64,000 nucleotides of DNA from Candidatus Altimarinota bacterium (GTDB lineage Bacteria; Patescibacteriota; Gracilibacteria; 1-14-2-50-48-13), in NCBI GenBank assembly GCA_046314355.1, contig JBKBWQ010000001.1, positions 1,120,001 through 1,184,000 of the forward strand, written 5' to 3'. Within the stretch, counting starts at the first letter, position 1. Every line of letters starts with the position of its first letter. Positions 37,802 to 47,502 of this stretch are shown one piece after another. A program made the position numbers and the translations under genes. The notes below the pieces were generated by a model, which saw nothing but the letters and a program-made list of their open reading frames with translations, made no database searches and was not told the origin of the DNA.

Positions 37802-39352
37802 ATGTCAGACCATTCAGAACAGGAAATTCTTCAGATTGATCCGTTAAAAGAGCGGACAGAACGTCTCCGAAAACTTTCAGAAATAAAAGAAATGGGTATT
37901 CAGCCTTATCCTGAGCGTTTTGAAAAAACTCATTCCATCGCACAGATTTTAAAAATATCTGAAGATGAAAATAATATAAAGACTGTTGAAGAGATTAGTG
38001 CAAATAATGCTAAAACTTATAGAACTGCTGGGCGAATAGTAATGTCCCGAACTCATGGAAAATTGTCTTTTCTGCATCTTTTGGATGATAGTGGAAAAAT
38101 GCAGCTTGCACTTATGCAGGATTTGATTGGGAAAGATACATATAAATTTTTTGAAAAAAAAGTAGATCTTGGAGACTTTATAGGTATTGCTGGAGAGCTT
38201 TTCCGTACAAAACACGGAGAGGTGACTGTTCTTGTAACTGAATTTACATTTCTTGGAAAAGCGCTTCGACCTCTTCCTGATAAATTCCACGGTCTTAAGG
38301 ATAGAGAGACACTTTACCGGCAGAGATATCTTGATCTTATTTCCAATCAGGAAACTAAGAAAAGATTTCAGTTTAGATCAAATTTTATTAAAGCTTTAAG
38401 AGAGTTCTACTGGTCAAAGGGATTTGATGAAGTTGAGACTCCTATCCTTACTACAAATGCTTCTGGAGCTTTAGCTACACCATTTAAGACGTACCATAAT
38501 GCTTTGGATACGGAGATGTATCTTCGTATAGCTCCAGAGACTTTCCTTAAAGAATGTGTTGTGGGAGGATATGAAAAAGTATTTGAAATAGGCAGAATAT
38601 TTAGAAATGAGGGAATCGATCCTAGTCATCTTCAGGATTTTACCATGGTCGAGCATTATGCTGCATACTGGAATTATGAAGATAATATGAAGTTTACGGA
38701 GGAGATGTTTACGCATCTTTTGATGAAGCTCAATGGTTCAATGAAAGTAAACCTTCTTGATAAAGAGGGAGTACAGCATGAGATTGACTTTACTCCTCCT
38801 TGGCCGAGAGTTACGTTTCGTGATCTCTTGATCAAAGATGCAGATATTGATCTCGCTGATCATAAAACAGTAGAGAGTCTGAGAGAAGCAATCCGTGAGA
38901 AAAATATTCATATCGAAGGCATGGATAAGCTTGGTTTGGGAAATCTTATTGATCACCTCTATAAAAAGGTCTCACGACCAAAGATAATCAGTCCAACGTT
39001 CCTTATTGGTCATCCTCTTGATCTTTCTCCTCTTGCACGAAAAAATGATGACAACCCTGCTATTGTAGATAGATTTCAGCTCGTAGTGGCTACCTGGGAG
39101 GTACTCAATGCATATTCCGAGCTCGTGGATCCTTTGGATCAAAAGGAGAGGTTTGAGTCCCAGTCATCAGCTAAAGATGCAGGGGATACTGAAGCTCATA
39201 GTAAAGATGATGAATATGTGGAAGCTATGGAGTATGGTATGCCTCCTATTTCTGGTTTTGGAATGGGTATTGACCGAATGGTAACTTTGCTTACTCAGCA
39301 GGAAAACCTGAGAGACACAGTGCTTTTCCCCCTTATGAGACCTAAAAAGTAA
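37802..39352 (+). CDS. lysS: Lysine--tRNA ligase (class II)
   Basis: YRQRYLDLI, LRIAPE, FRNEGID, NAYSEL.DP, YGMPP..GFGMGIDR, LFPLMRP; track start 37763. Confidence 0.98.
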   Translation: MSDHSEQEILQIDPLKERTERLRKLSEIKEMGIQPYPERFEKTHSIAQILKISEDENNIKTVEEISANNAKTYRTAGRIVMSRTHGKLSFLHLLDDSGKMQLALMQDLIGKDTYKFFEKKVDLGDFIGIAGELFRTKHGEVTVLVTEFTFLGKALRPLPDKFHGLKDRETLYRQRYLDLISNQETKKRFQFRSNFIKALREFYWSKGFDEVETPILTTNASGALATPFKTYHNALDTEMYLRIAPETFLKECVVGGYEKVFEIGRIFRNEGIDPSHLQDFTMVEHYAAYWNYEDNMKFTEEMFTHLLMKLNGSMKVNLLDKEGVQHEIDFTPPWPRVTFRDLLIKDADIDLADHKTVESLREAIREKNIHIEGMDKLGLGNLIDHLYKKVSRPKIISPTFLIGHPLDLSPLARKNDDNPAIVDRFQLVVATWEVLNAYSELVDPLDQKERFESQSSAKDAGDTEAHSKDDEYVEAMEYGMPPISGFGMGIDRMVTLLTQQENLRDTVLFPLMRPKK

Positions 39353-39425
39353 GAATATATTTCCTATCATTTGATATATTCGGAGCAAAAGTGTACTATT
39401 GAGTATGTACTGATTTATTCATATT

Positions 39426-39863
39426 ATGACTATCCGTTCGCGCGTCATCGTTTTAAATTCAAAAGGTGAAGTATTTGTCGTAAAGCATCGTCCTGAAAAT
39501 AAGTTCTGGGCATTGCCGGGCGGCAGACTGGATAATGGAGAAACTACACGAGAATGTATAATCCGTGAAATCCAGGAAGAATTGGGTGTCACGCTTAAAA
39601 ACCCTGAACTTAAATTTATAGTAGAAAATATTCCTGTGGAGTCGATGGAGTTTTTTTTCTTTGAGGAAACAGATACCCCTGAAGCTTTTGTGGAAGGTCG
39701 AGGTGATGATCATTATGAACTCGCAGGTCAGGAATTTGTGGATATTGAAAATGACGATATTATAGTTATGCCACCTTTCTTAAAAGGAAAAATGAAGAAT
39801 ATAAAAACTATGGAAGGTGTTGAGTATATTATTGAGACCGGTCCCAAAGTGATTTACAAGTAA
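39426..39863 (+). CDS. Nudix hydrolase (paralogue of 33776-34189)
   Basis: LPGGRLDNGETTRECIIREIQEELG Nudix box. Confidence 0.93.
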   Translation: MTIRSRVIVLNSKGEVFVVKHRPENKFWALPGGRLDNGETTRECIIREIQEELGVTLKNPELKFIVENIPVESMEFFFFEETDTPEAFVEGRGDDHYELAGQEFVDIENDDIIVMPPFLKGKMKNIKTMEGVEYIIETGPKVIYK

Positions 39864-39965
39864 AAGCTTTCAAAGATTTGAAAACTTTACAAAATATTTT
39901 AAAAGGATTATGTTGATCTGTACAATAGAGTACAGATCATCTTTTTATCTATAAATATTACACTT

Positions 39966-40274
39966 ATGGCAAATATTAATAGGCGAAGAGAGGACAATAT
40001 CATACAGTTCCGTCCTAGAGCACTCAAACCTGAACCTCTGCATATTGAAGTGGGAAATAGTATTGATACAAAGACTATTATGCATTTAGAGTCATGCATA
40101 CGTGAAGAAATTCAGATCATAGTTCAAGATACGCCTACTGTGTTATTTCACCATCAAAAACTTCCTGATAGTAAGGAGATTATTCGATTCATAGGGACTG
40201 ATACAAAAGGTATGGAAGTTGCTTTTGATGTAAATAGATTTAACGGCAGAATTTTGGATGTTATTTATAGATAA
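39966..40274 (+). CDS. Hypothetical protein
   Basis: 102-aa ATG ORF filling the intergenic gap; C-terminal FDVNRFNGRIL loosely PepSY-like. Confidence 0.6.
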   Translation: MANINRRREDNIIQFRPRALKPEPLHIEVGNSIDTKTIMHLESCIREEIQIIVQDTPTVLFHHQKLPDSKEIIRFIGTDTKGMEVAFDVNRFNGRILDVIYR

Positions 40275-40341
40275 ACAAATATCTCTTTCTTTTCTTGTGA
40301 TTTTTATATAGTGTAGAGTTACTTTTGGTAACATTTTATGT

Positions 40342-40881
40342 ATGCAGCAGGAAATAGAAGTGAAGATTCTTGAGATTCCAGTAGAGGAAACTGTAAAAAA
40401 GTTGGAATCACTTGGTGCGGTAAAGGTATTTGATGGACCTATTGAATCCATTCTTTTTGATTATGCGGATAGTTGGCTTTGGAAAAAGAAACGGGCTTGC
40501 CGGCTAAGAAAAATGGGAGATAAGGTGCAGTTTGTCTTAAAAGAGAATAAGAGTTATGAGGATGTGAAGCATAATGTAGAATATGAGGTTGAAGTAAGCG
40601 ACTTTGATACGATGAAGGAGATCATTTTAAGAATGGGGCTTGCTCAAAAGTATGAATCAAAAAAACGCCGCGTTTCATACCAGCTAGAAGATGCTCACTA
40701 CGAATTTGATACGATAGATGGTATTCCAACTTATTTGGAACTAGAGGTACATATCCATGCTGACCTTGAAAAGTATCTAGGGCTTATCGGGTATACGATG
40801 AAAGATACAGTGGACTTTGGTGAGAGGCGGGTACGAGAGCACTATCATCTCGTACCATCACGTAGAGGGCGAAGAAGATAG
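40342..40881 (+). CDS. CYTH domain protein (class IV adenylate cyclase/triphosphatase)
   Basis: EIEVK motif, RLRK, EYEVEV, KKR.SY, YLELE. Confidence 0.92.
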   Translation: MQQEIEVKILEIPVEETVKKLESLGAVKVFDGPIESILFDYADSWLWKKKRACRLRKMGDKVQFVLKENKSYEDVKHNVEYEVEVSDFDTMKEIILRMGLAQKYESKKRRVSYQLEDAHYEFDTIDGIPTYLELEVHIHADLEKYLGLIGYTMKDTVDFGERRVREHYHLVPSRRGRRR

Positions 40882-40882
40882 A

Positions 40883-41743
40883 TTATCTATTTCGCCAGTT
40901 CTTGTCTACTTTTACCTGAAGCTGCAGATATACCTTTCGCTTGAACATCTCTTCAAGTTCTTTTCGCGCGTCCATTCCTATTTTTTTGAGCTGTTGTCCT
41001 CCCTTTCCGATGATAACTCCTTTTTGTGAGTCTCGTTCTACATGTATTTCTGCCATGATAGAGATAAGACGTTTTTCATTATCTTCATCAATGTCTGCTA
41101 CATCTACACTAATCGCATGAGGAATCTCCTCATAAGTACGGAGCATCGCCTTTTCGCGGATGATTTCACCAACCTGAAAGTCTAGCGCCGCGTCCGTATG
41201 TATACCTTCAGGATAGTAGAATTCCTGTTCAGGCATGAGTTCCATAAGATCAGTAAGCAATTCCTCAATATGATTTCCTTTGAGACCTGAAATATAGTGC
41301 TCTGAATGGTGAGGAAGCTCTGCAACTGCCTCTTTATACCGGAGACTATTCTCTACAGTATGATTTGAGATAATGTCTGCTTTATTGAAAGCAACTACTA
41401 CTGGTTTCTCAGTTTTCTTGAGCATATCAATAACACCTTCCTCTTCTGCACCGAAGGGACGTGAGATATCCATGATGTATAAAATTGCGTCTGCTTCTTC
41501 CACTGCCTGTACAGCCTGAGAAGTAAGCATCTTATTGTAAGTCCGGATACTGTCGTGAACACCAGGTGTATCAAGAAATATCAACTGTCTGTCATCTTTT
41601 GTATAGATACCCTTAATGGTATTTCTAGTGGTCTGAGGTATGTGAGAAACAATAGCTATCTTTCTTCCACACACTGTATTCATGAGTGTTGACTTTCCGC
41701 TATTTGGACGTCCAATGATTGCAACAAAACCTGCTTTTTTCAT
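40883..41743 (-). CDS. era: GTPase Era
   Basis: GRPNSGKSTL, PQTTR, DTPG, NKAD, EEIPHA, KH domain VIIGKGG. Confidence 0.97.
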   Translation of the reverse strand: MKKAGFVAIIGRPNSGKSTLMNTVCGRKIAIVSHIPQTTRNTIKGIYTKDDRQLIFLDTPGVHDSIRTYNKMLTSQAVQAVEEADAILYIMDISRPFGAEEEGVIDMLKKTEKPVVVAFNKADIISNHTVENSLRYKEAVAELPHHSEHYISGLKGNHIEELLTDLMELMPEQEFYYPEGIHTDAALDFQVGEIIREKAMLRTYEEIPHAISVDVADIDEDNEKRLISIMAEIHVERDSQKGVIIGKGGQQLKKIGMDARKELEEMFKRKVYLQLQVKVDKNWRNR

Positions 41744-41869
41744 AAATGTTCAAAATAATATGTACAGCTATACTATATCAGCTCTTACGGGAAGCAAAGA
41801 GAAAGTAATTTCTTTTTATCTGTGAATGGTGTACACTTACCTATACTTATGTGTCATAACTTTTAAGAT

Positions 41870-42112
41870 ATGAAAAAAGCAATTATTTATACAAAAAATT
41901 ATTGTATGTACTGCTCCAGTGCTAAGAGACTGCTTCAAAAACTTAATATACAGTATACTGAAATAGATGTGACCTATGACCGAGAGCTGGAAGAAGAGAT
42001 GTTTAAACTCTCCGGCCGTGATACGGTGCCTCAGATCTTTCTTCATATCGGCGGCTCAGATGATCTGCATGAGTTTTATGAAAATGGTGATCTTGATCCT
42101 CTCTTGAAGTAA
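41870..42112 (+). CDS. Glutaredoxin (GrxC-like)
   Basis: CMYC, TVPQIF, IGGSDDL. Confidence 0.92.
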   Translation: MKKAIIYTKNYCMYCSSAKRLLQKLNIQYTEIDVTYDRELEEEMFKLSGRDTVPQIFLHIGGSDDLHEFYENGDLDPLLK

Positions 42113-42123
42113 TCTGAGCGTAT

Positions 42124-42168
42124 AAAAAAAATCCCCTGCTGCGTGAAACGCTACAGGGGATTTTTTTT
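42124..42168. terminator. Bidirectional intrinsic terminator
   Basis: AAAAAAAATCCCCTG...CAGGGGATTTTTTTTT. Confidence 0.88.
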
Positions 42169-42174
42169 ATATTT

Positions 42175-43815
42175 CTAGAGATCGCTCATATTTATATCTG
42201 AGACGTACTCACTGAGATCTTCTGCTCCTGTTGGAATTTCAATTGTGACAGAAGCTGGATAGTTATATTCATCTCCACCAAACATTTCAAGCATCATACT
42301 TCCTGCTGTACCTCCTGTGAGTTCTGCCGGGAAGATAAATGAAGTTGGCATAAGTTTCATTGAAGTTGCGAGAAGCATTTTATTACTCTTTGCTGCCCAA
42401 AGCTCTGAAGAAAAATTAGCAAAGAATTTTTCTATGAATGGTCCTGCTCTTTTAATATCTTTTCGTATGCCATATTTATTTAAAGGACGAGGAGAAAACT
42501 TTGCGGCCATCTCCGGAATATGTTTCACAAGAGAAGCACCATCAATAGTTAATGTAAAGTGGTCTGCATCGATACCTTTATATATTGTACTGTCTTTTTT
42601 AACTATAAGGAAATCTGCGTTCTTTTCGAAGAATTTAGTTATCATCTCCATACCTTCCTTTCTCATATCTGTCTGATCTGGATTGATCATTAATCCTTTC
42701 AGCTCTTTTTTAATTTCATCATTAAGAGGAAGTGAATACCACTTTCCAACATAAGGTGTCACCTCTGTCTGAACAGTCTCTATAGTATCCTTAAGTACCT
42801 CAGAGGTATCAGTATTTACCATAGTAAACTGATCAAGTCTCATATAAATGCTGGATTCAGCATCAATAACAAGTGTACCTTTCATGTCTGCAGATAGACC
42901 AACCTTCTCTCCCATCGCATCTACCTGGATATCTGTATGAAGAGACAGAGTAACTTGTGCTCTATCAAGAGTATCCTTTGTTCCTGTTACCATAGAAACA
43001 TTTCCCATGCTTAGGACGATATTTGCACGTGCGTCTGATGCAGCAATTGCAATCTTTACAGTACCACTACCACTTCCTGTCTGAGGCTGGTATCCATAAT
43101 CAACAGTATTTGTAATCACAGAGAGTATATCTTGCTTCTCCTGAGAGAGAGCAGTAGGAGCTAGAGTATCTTGTCTTGCTGGTAGTCGTGAGATATCTCC
43201 TTTAACGAAGGTATCTTTTTGAAGCTCAGATACAGTGAGAGCTCGTGTGAGCTGCTCAAATACATCTCCTCTGAGAGCTGGATGTGCAAGACGTGATGCA
43301 GTATCATTTCCTACAAGATTTCTTTTGATAGCTGTGTTGTAATATCCCTCGTACCACGGACGTGAGCTAGGAATAGAACTGTCTACTCCAAGAGAGAGAG
43401 CATTATTTATGATCTTAAGAGCCTCAGCTTCTGTTACAGAACGTTCAGGGTGAAACATACCATCATCATATCCCTGAATATATCCTTCTTCTTTTGCCCA
43501 GCAGATATATGAAGCAAACCACTCCTGATGAACATCAGGGAAACAATTGTTATATTCCTCAGCACTAGGTTCGATACTTGCTACTGTCTTTACGACGATC
43601 TTCATAAGCTCTGCGCGGTTGATCTCCTTTGAAAGCATCAAATCTCCTGAATTATTTGCTCCCTGTACAATGGATGCATCTTTAAGATATGCCTCACTCT
43701 CAAGTGTAAGAGCTGCATGAGCAGAAGTAAGTGAACCAAGATAGAAAGCTGTACCAAATACAGCAACCAGCAAGACCCGTTTAAATGAATATTTAGCAAC
43801 CATACTGTGTGTCAT
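42175..43815 (-). CDS. SLH domain protein with long beta-rich C-terminal domain
   Basis: Signal peptide; INRAE, CFPDV..EWF, GYDDGMFHP, LRGDVF SLH motifs; C-terminal beta-sheet region loosely LolA/LppX-like; track start 43842. Confidence 0.8.
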   Translation of the reverse strand: MTHSMVAKYSFKRVLLVAVFGTAFYLGSLTSAHAALTLESEAYLKDASIVQGANNSGDLMLSKEINRAELMKIVVKTVASIEPSAEEYNNCFPDVHQEWFASYICWAKEEGYIQGYDDGMFHPERSVTEAEALKIINNALSLGVDSSIPSSRPWYEGYYNTAIKRNLVGNDTASRLAHPALRGDVFEQLTRALTVSELQKDTFVKGDISRLPARQDTLAPTALSQEKQDILSVITNTVDYGYQPQTGSGSGTVKIAIAASDARANIVLSMGNVSMVTGTKDTLDRAQVTLSLHTDIQVDAMGEKVGLSADMKGTLVIDAESSIYMRLDQFTMVNTDTSEVLKDTIETVQTEVTPYVGKWYSLPLNDEIKKELKGLMINPDQTDMRKEGMEMITKFFEKNADFLIVKKDSTIYKGIDADHFTLTIDGASLVKHIPEMAAKFSPRPLNKYGIRKDIKRAGPFIEKFFANFSSELWAAKSNKMLLATSMKLMPTSFIFPAELTGGTAGSMMLEMFGGDEYNYPASVTIEIPTGAEDLSEYVSDINMSDL

Positions 43816-43860
43816 GCAAAATTGATAGTAATATAGATACATGAATTATACTCTAACCAC

Positions 43861-44868
43861 TTAGATGTCAATGATTTGTTCTTTCTCTGGTGTCTTTGGC
43901 TTTATAAGTGAAAAACCATATTTATAGCTAACGACGACTCCGACTGCTAGAAAGAGAATATCACGCAGGCGTAGTATAATAAGTGTGGGGAGTGCAAGAG
44001 TGGGGTCAATGCCGGCGATATTGAAGGCTGCGATCTGGAATAACTCTAGAGAGCCTATGGCACCAGGAGAGGGAATCAAATAACCGATCAACGGAAGTGC
44101 TGTGACCACAAGAAGCTGAGTAAAATTTGCATGAATACCCATAGAGACGAGTACTACATAGTACTCCACCATCATCATGACAAAGCAGATGAGTGATAGG
44201 ATGATAGTATTGAGGAGTGCAATTTTATGCGTGAGAAAAAATGTTTTTATATGTGCTTCAGTTTCGATAATATGTTGTTCTGTTTTTTTGAGTATCTTGA
44301 TCTTTTCAAGATGAAGAATCCTGAAAAAAAATGTAAAGAAACCCTCTCCAAAAACACTCATATAGAAAAAAAACCCAAGGGCAGATACTATAACTAGTAC
44401 TGCAACTATACTTGTGGTATTTATCTCTTTCGTGTTAAATAGAACCAGGATAAGAGCAAGACCTGAGAAACCGCTGGTAACAGATAACTCAAAAACCTTA
44501 TCAAGAATAACACTGGAAGTTGCGATATTTCCTGGAATACCTTTTCTCTTTAAAAGAAGAATACGTGCGGGTTCTCCTCCAACCTGCCCAGAGGGAATAA
44601 GATAGCTGAATGTATAGGATACAAGCCTGTAGAGAGAAAGAGTGAAGAGTGAAGGAAGATTTTTGTTATGAGTCTTTAAAATGACTTTCCACCGGAGTGT
44701 AAAAATCATAAAATTGATTATAGAGACAATAATGAAAAGTATGGTTGCCCAAGGAGATATGTGAGATAATGCATCTACAATTTTATCTACTCCGGTACTT
44801 ACTATCATTTCATAGATGAAACCTACGGCAAGGAGAAGGAACAGTGTCAGAAAAATGAAACGTTTCAT
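43861..44868 (-). CDS. Lysylphosphatidylglycerol synthase TM-domain (flippase-like, UPF0104) protein
   Basis: LRW..IL, PSGQVGGEPAR, SSVILDK.FE, PSPGAIGSLE. Confidence 0.9.
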   Translation of the reverse strand: MKRFIFLTLFLLLAVGFIYEMIVSTGVDKIVDALSHISPWATILFIIVSIINFMIFTLRWKVILKTHNKNLPSLFTLSLYRLVSYTFSYLIPSGQVGGEPARILLLKRKGIPGNIATSSVILDKVFELSVTSGFSGLALILVLFNTKEINTTSIVAVLVIVSALGFFFYMSVFGEGFFTFFFRILHLEKIKILKKTEQHIIETEAHIKTFFLTHKIALLNTIILSLICFVMMMVEYYVVLVSMGIHANFTQLLVVTALPLIGYLIPSPGAIGSLELFQIAAFNIAGIDPTLALPTLIILRLRDILFLAVGVVVSYKYGFSLIKPKTPEKEQIIDI

Positions 44869-44915
44869 AAAGATTGTAAGAGCTGAGAAACACTACTAAA
44901 TAATTATTACTTCTG

Positions 44916-45701
44916 ATGGATACTACAGGCATTCTAACAAAGGGACTTCCGAAAGCAAAGAAAAGTTTAGGACAGCATTTTCTTAAAAGTACGAAAGTAC
45001 TAGAGGAAATTATTCAAGCAAGTAATATAACTGATCAGGATACTATTCTAGAAATAGGTCCCGGGCAAGGAGCATTGACGGATTATCTTGTTGCGGCAAA
45101 ACCGAAACATTTGATTTTAATAGAAAAAGACCGGGATCTTATCCCGTATTTGAGAGAAAAATATGGAGAGTTGGATTTTGTTGAAATTCACGAAGGAGAT
45201 ATCCTCACTTCACAACAGATCAAACTGCCAGAAGAGTATAAGGTGGTAGCAAATATCCCATACTATATATCCAGTCCTATACTGAAGTACTTTCTGCTGC
45301 ATGCAGTAAATGTACCTATTTCAATGACGCTTCTCGTGCAGAAAGAGTTTGCTGAAAAGATCACAGCACTGCCTCCTAGAGCCACTATTCTCTCTAATAC
45401 TGTACAATTTTTAGGATTGCCCACTAAGATAATTACTGTTCCGAAAGGTGCTTTTTCTCCTCCTCCGAAAGTTGATTCCGCAGTATTGCATATTCAACTG
45501 CAGAAACGTATTGAGGGCTATCGATCTTTAGTAAAAATGATGGAAAAATGTTTTCAGCAGAGTAGAAAAAAACTGAGTAATTCAATTGACAAAAATGCGA
45601 TAAATATGAATAATACCCCAGACAAAGGTAAGCTGATACAAGATCTTTTGCAAAAACGTCCTGAAGAGCTTACTATAGAAGATTGGAAACTATTGTTATA
45701 A
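44916..45701 (+). CDS. rsmA: 16S rRNA m6,2A dimethyltransferase
   Basis: KKSLGQHFL, LEIGPGQG, ANIPYYISS, VQKEFA, FSPPPKVDSAV. Confidence 0.96.
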   Translation: MDTTGILTKGLPKAKKSLGQHFLKSTKVLEEIIQASNITDQDTILEIGPGQGALTDYLVAAKPKHLILIEKDRDLIPYLREKYGELDFVEIHEGDILTSQQIKLPEEYKVVANIPYYISSPILKYFLLHAVNVPISMTLLVQKEFAEKITALPPRATILSNTVQFLGLPTKIITVPKGAFSPPPKVDSAVLHIQLQKRIEGYRSLVKMMEKCFQQSRKKLSNSIDKNAINMNNTPDKGKLIQDLLQKRPEELTIEDWKLLL

Positions 45702-45708
45702 AAAATAT

Positions 45709-47448
45709 ATGAATATACCTAGAGAAGATAAGAGTTATTATAGTGCACATATTGTTAGGTATGAATGGAATTCTATTCATCAAAAATTTGTTGTTTTGCA
45801 AAATAGAATAGATGGACTTATTAAACAGAATCCTCTTGATGCTCGCTATGAAGTGAAAAAGAAAATTGATGATTATCTGCAAAATGCTATCAGTGAGGAG
45901 ATAAAGAATGTACGGTTTTTAAAAGACATTGAAGCATTAAGTTCTTTTGATGAGACTAAAGAGAAGCTCAATATTATTAGCAATATATATAGTAAACTTG
46001 AATCTTACATTGCTGCAGAAGAGCGTGAAGAGACGTCGCTTGAGATTGAGAGAGATATTGATGCTGTAGAATCTGGTTATAAAAATCTCATAGATGAGAA
46101 CCAAAAGCTAAAGGAGGATTTGGAAAAAAAGAATCAAGAAGTTGAGAGTGAAAAAAACAAATATAGCGAGCTTGTAGCTCAAGTATTGAATATGCAGCAG
46201 TCTGCAAAAGACAGAATGTATCAAGAGATTACTGAGTGGGAAGTATTGAGAGATGCAATGATGATGGATTCCGATGGTATTGTGGGACATTTAAAAGAAA
46301 AGGTAGAGATTAACATTTTTAGAATGAAGGATGCTCTAGAGAGCATGGATGGAGACATAATGGAGAAGGTACATGAATTTAGCAGTGCACGACATTTGAT
46401 CCAGAAGGAGCATATAAAAATCTTGTACTCTAGTCATAAGCCGCAGGTTATTGATGAAGTTTCATTTGAGCAAGCTCCGGTCTTATCAAACGAACACGAA
46501 GAAATTGCAGTAGTATTAGAAGAAGTTCATGATTTCTCTGAGCTTGAAAGTGGTCCAAGTTTCTCTTCTAGATTTAAGGAATCTTTCCGAACAAAATTTA
46601 CCAAGGCTGTAAATACATTTAAAACAAGACCTGCTACGGCTATGCTTCTTGCGGTGGCTACGGCAGGAATTATTGGTGCTACTGTGGGGACTGCAGCTTC
46701 TTCTTCAAGAAAAAACATCAATGATGCCCCAGCCCCTATCGCTAAAAATCACACTGTGAAAAAAGTGCAGCCGTCTGCTGTGAAGCCTGATAATAAGCCT
46801 CAGGAGAAAATACAGCATACACAAGAACATGAACCTACGCAGAAGCAGTTATCAAGACAGGTACATAATGCAGTGAATGCTCATCCTCTGCGGCATGCAT
46901 CTATAGGAAGCTATGCTCCAGATAAGAATGGTATGACTGTCTATGCTGGTAATTGGACTGTAGATACGCTGATGAAGCATAATCCTGCTTTGGATAATAT
47001 TATGAATATGCATGGAGGTGCACGTTCTATCAAACCCGTAGGATTCTTTAAGACGAAGAGTGGTATAAAAAAAGCCGAAGGACAGACATATGCAAATGGT
47101 CACATGGGAGTGACATCATCTTGGGGTGCAGTACCAATGACTTTTGCACTTGAGATTGAGTTTAATAATGGAACTGCAACTCATGTGGGAATTGGAAGTA
47201 TGTTAAGTCCTGTGGTACAACAGCAGACTGTAGCAGCGGCTCCAGCTTTGGAACAAAGCTTTACTCCTCCGACTATTACGCAGGATACTGTTGTAAGTCC
47301 TCATATTGAGATGCAGAAAAAAGCTCAAAACTCTTTGGAGCATATGAAAGAGAAAAATACTGGTCAGGTAGATACAAAAACAGCACTTGGTAAGATAGGA
47401 AAGTTTGCATCTGGTATAAAGAGTAAACTCTCTCGATTCTTTGGATAA
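45709..47448 (+). CDS. Hypothetical protein: coiled coil + single TM + low-complexity/globular C-terminus
   Basis: 579-aa ORF; E/K-rich heptads, hydrophobic AMLLAVATAGIIGATVG segment; own terminator. Confidence 0.8.
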   Translation: MNIPREDKSYYSAHIVRYEWNSIHQKFVVLQNRIDGLIKQNPLDARYEVKKKIDDYLQNAISEEIKNVRFLKDIEALSSFDETKEKLNIISNIYSKLESYIAAEEREETSLEIERDIDAVESGYKNLIDENQKLKEDLEKKNQEVESEKNKYSELVAQVLNMQQSAKDRMYQEITEWEVLRDAMMMDSDGIVGHLKEKVEINIFRMKDALESMDGDIMEKVHEFSSARHLIQKEHIKILYSSHKPQVIDEVSFEQAPVLSNEHEEIAVVLEEVHDFSELESGPSFSSRFKESFRTKFTKAVNTFKTRPATAMLLAVATAGIIGATVGTAASSSRKNINDAPAPIAKNHTVKKVQPSAVKPDNKPQEKIQHTQEHEPTQKQLSRQVHNAVNAHPLRHASIGSYAPDKNGMTVYAGNWTVDTLMKHNPALDNIMNMHGGARSIKPVGFFKTKSGIKKAEGQTYANGHMGVTSSWGAVPMTFALEIEFNNGTATHVGIGSMLSPVVQQQTVAAAPALEQSFTPPTITQDTVVSPHIEMQKKAQNSLEHMKEKNTGQVDTKTALGKIGKFASGIKSKLSRFFG

Positions 47449-47460
47449 TACATCTTTGTA

Positions 47461-47496
47461 TAATAAAAGCCCTTTCATGTGAAAGGGCTTTTATTA
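47461..47496. terminator. Bidirectional intrinsic terminator
   Basis: TAATAAAAGCCCTTTCA-TG-TGAAAGGGCTTTTATTA. Confidence 0.9.
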
Positions 47497-47502
47497 AGGT
47501 TA

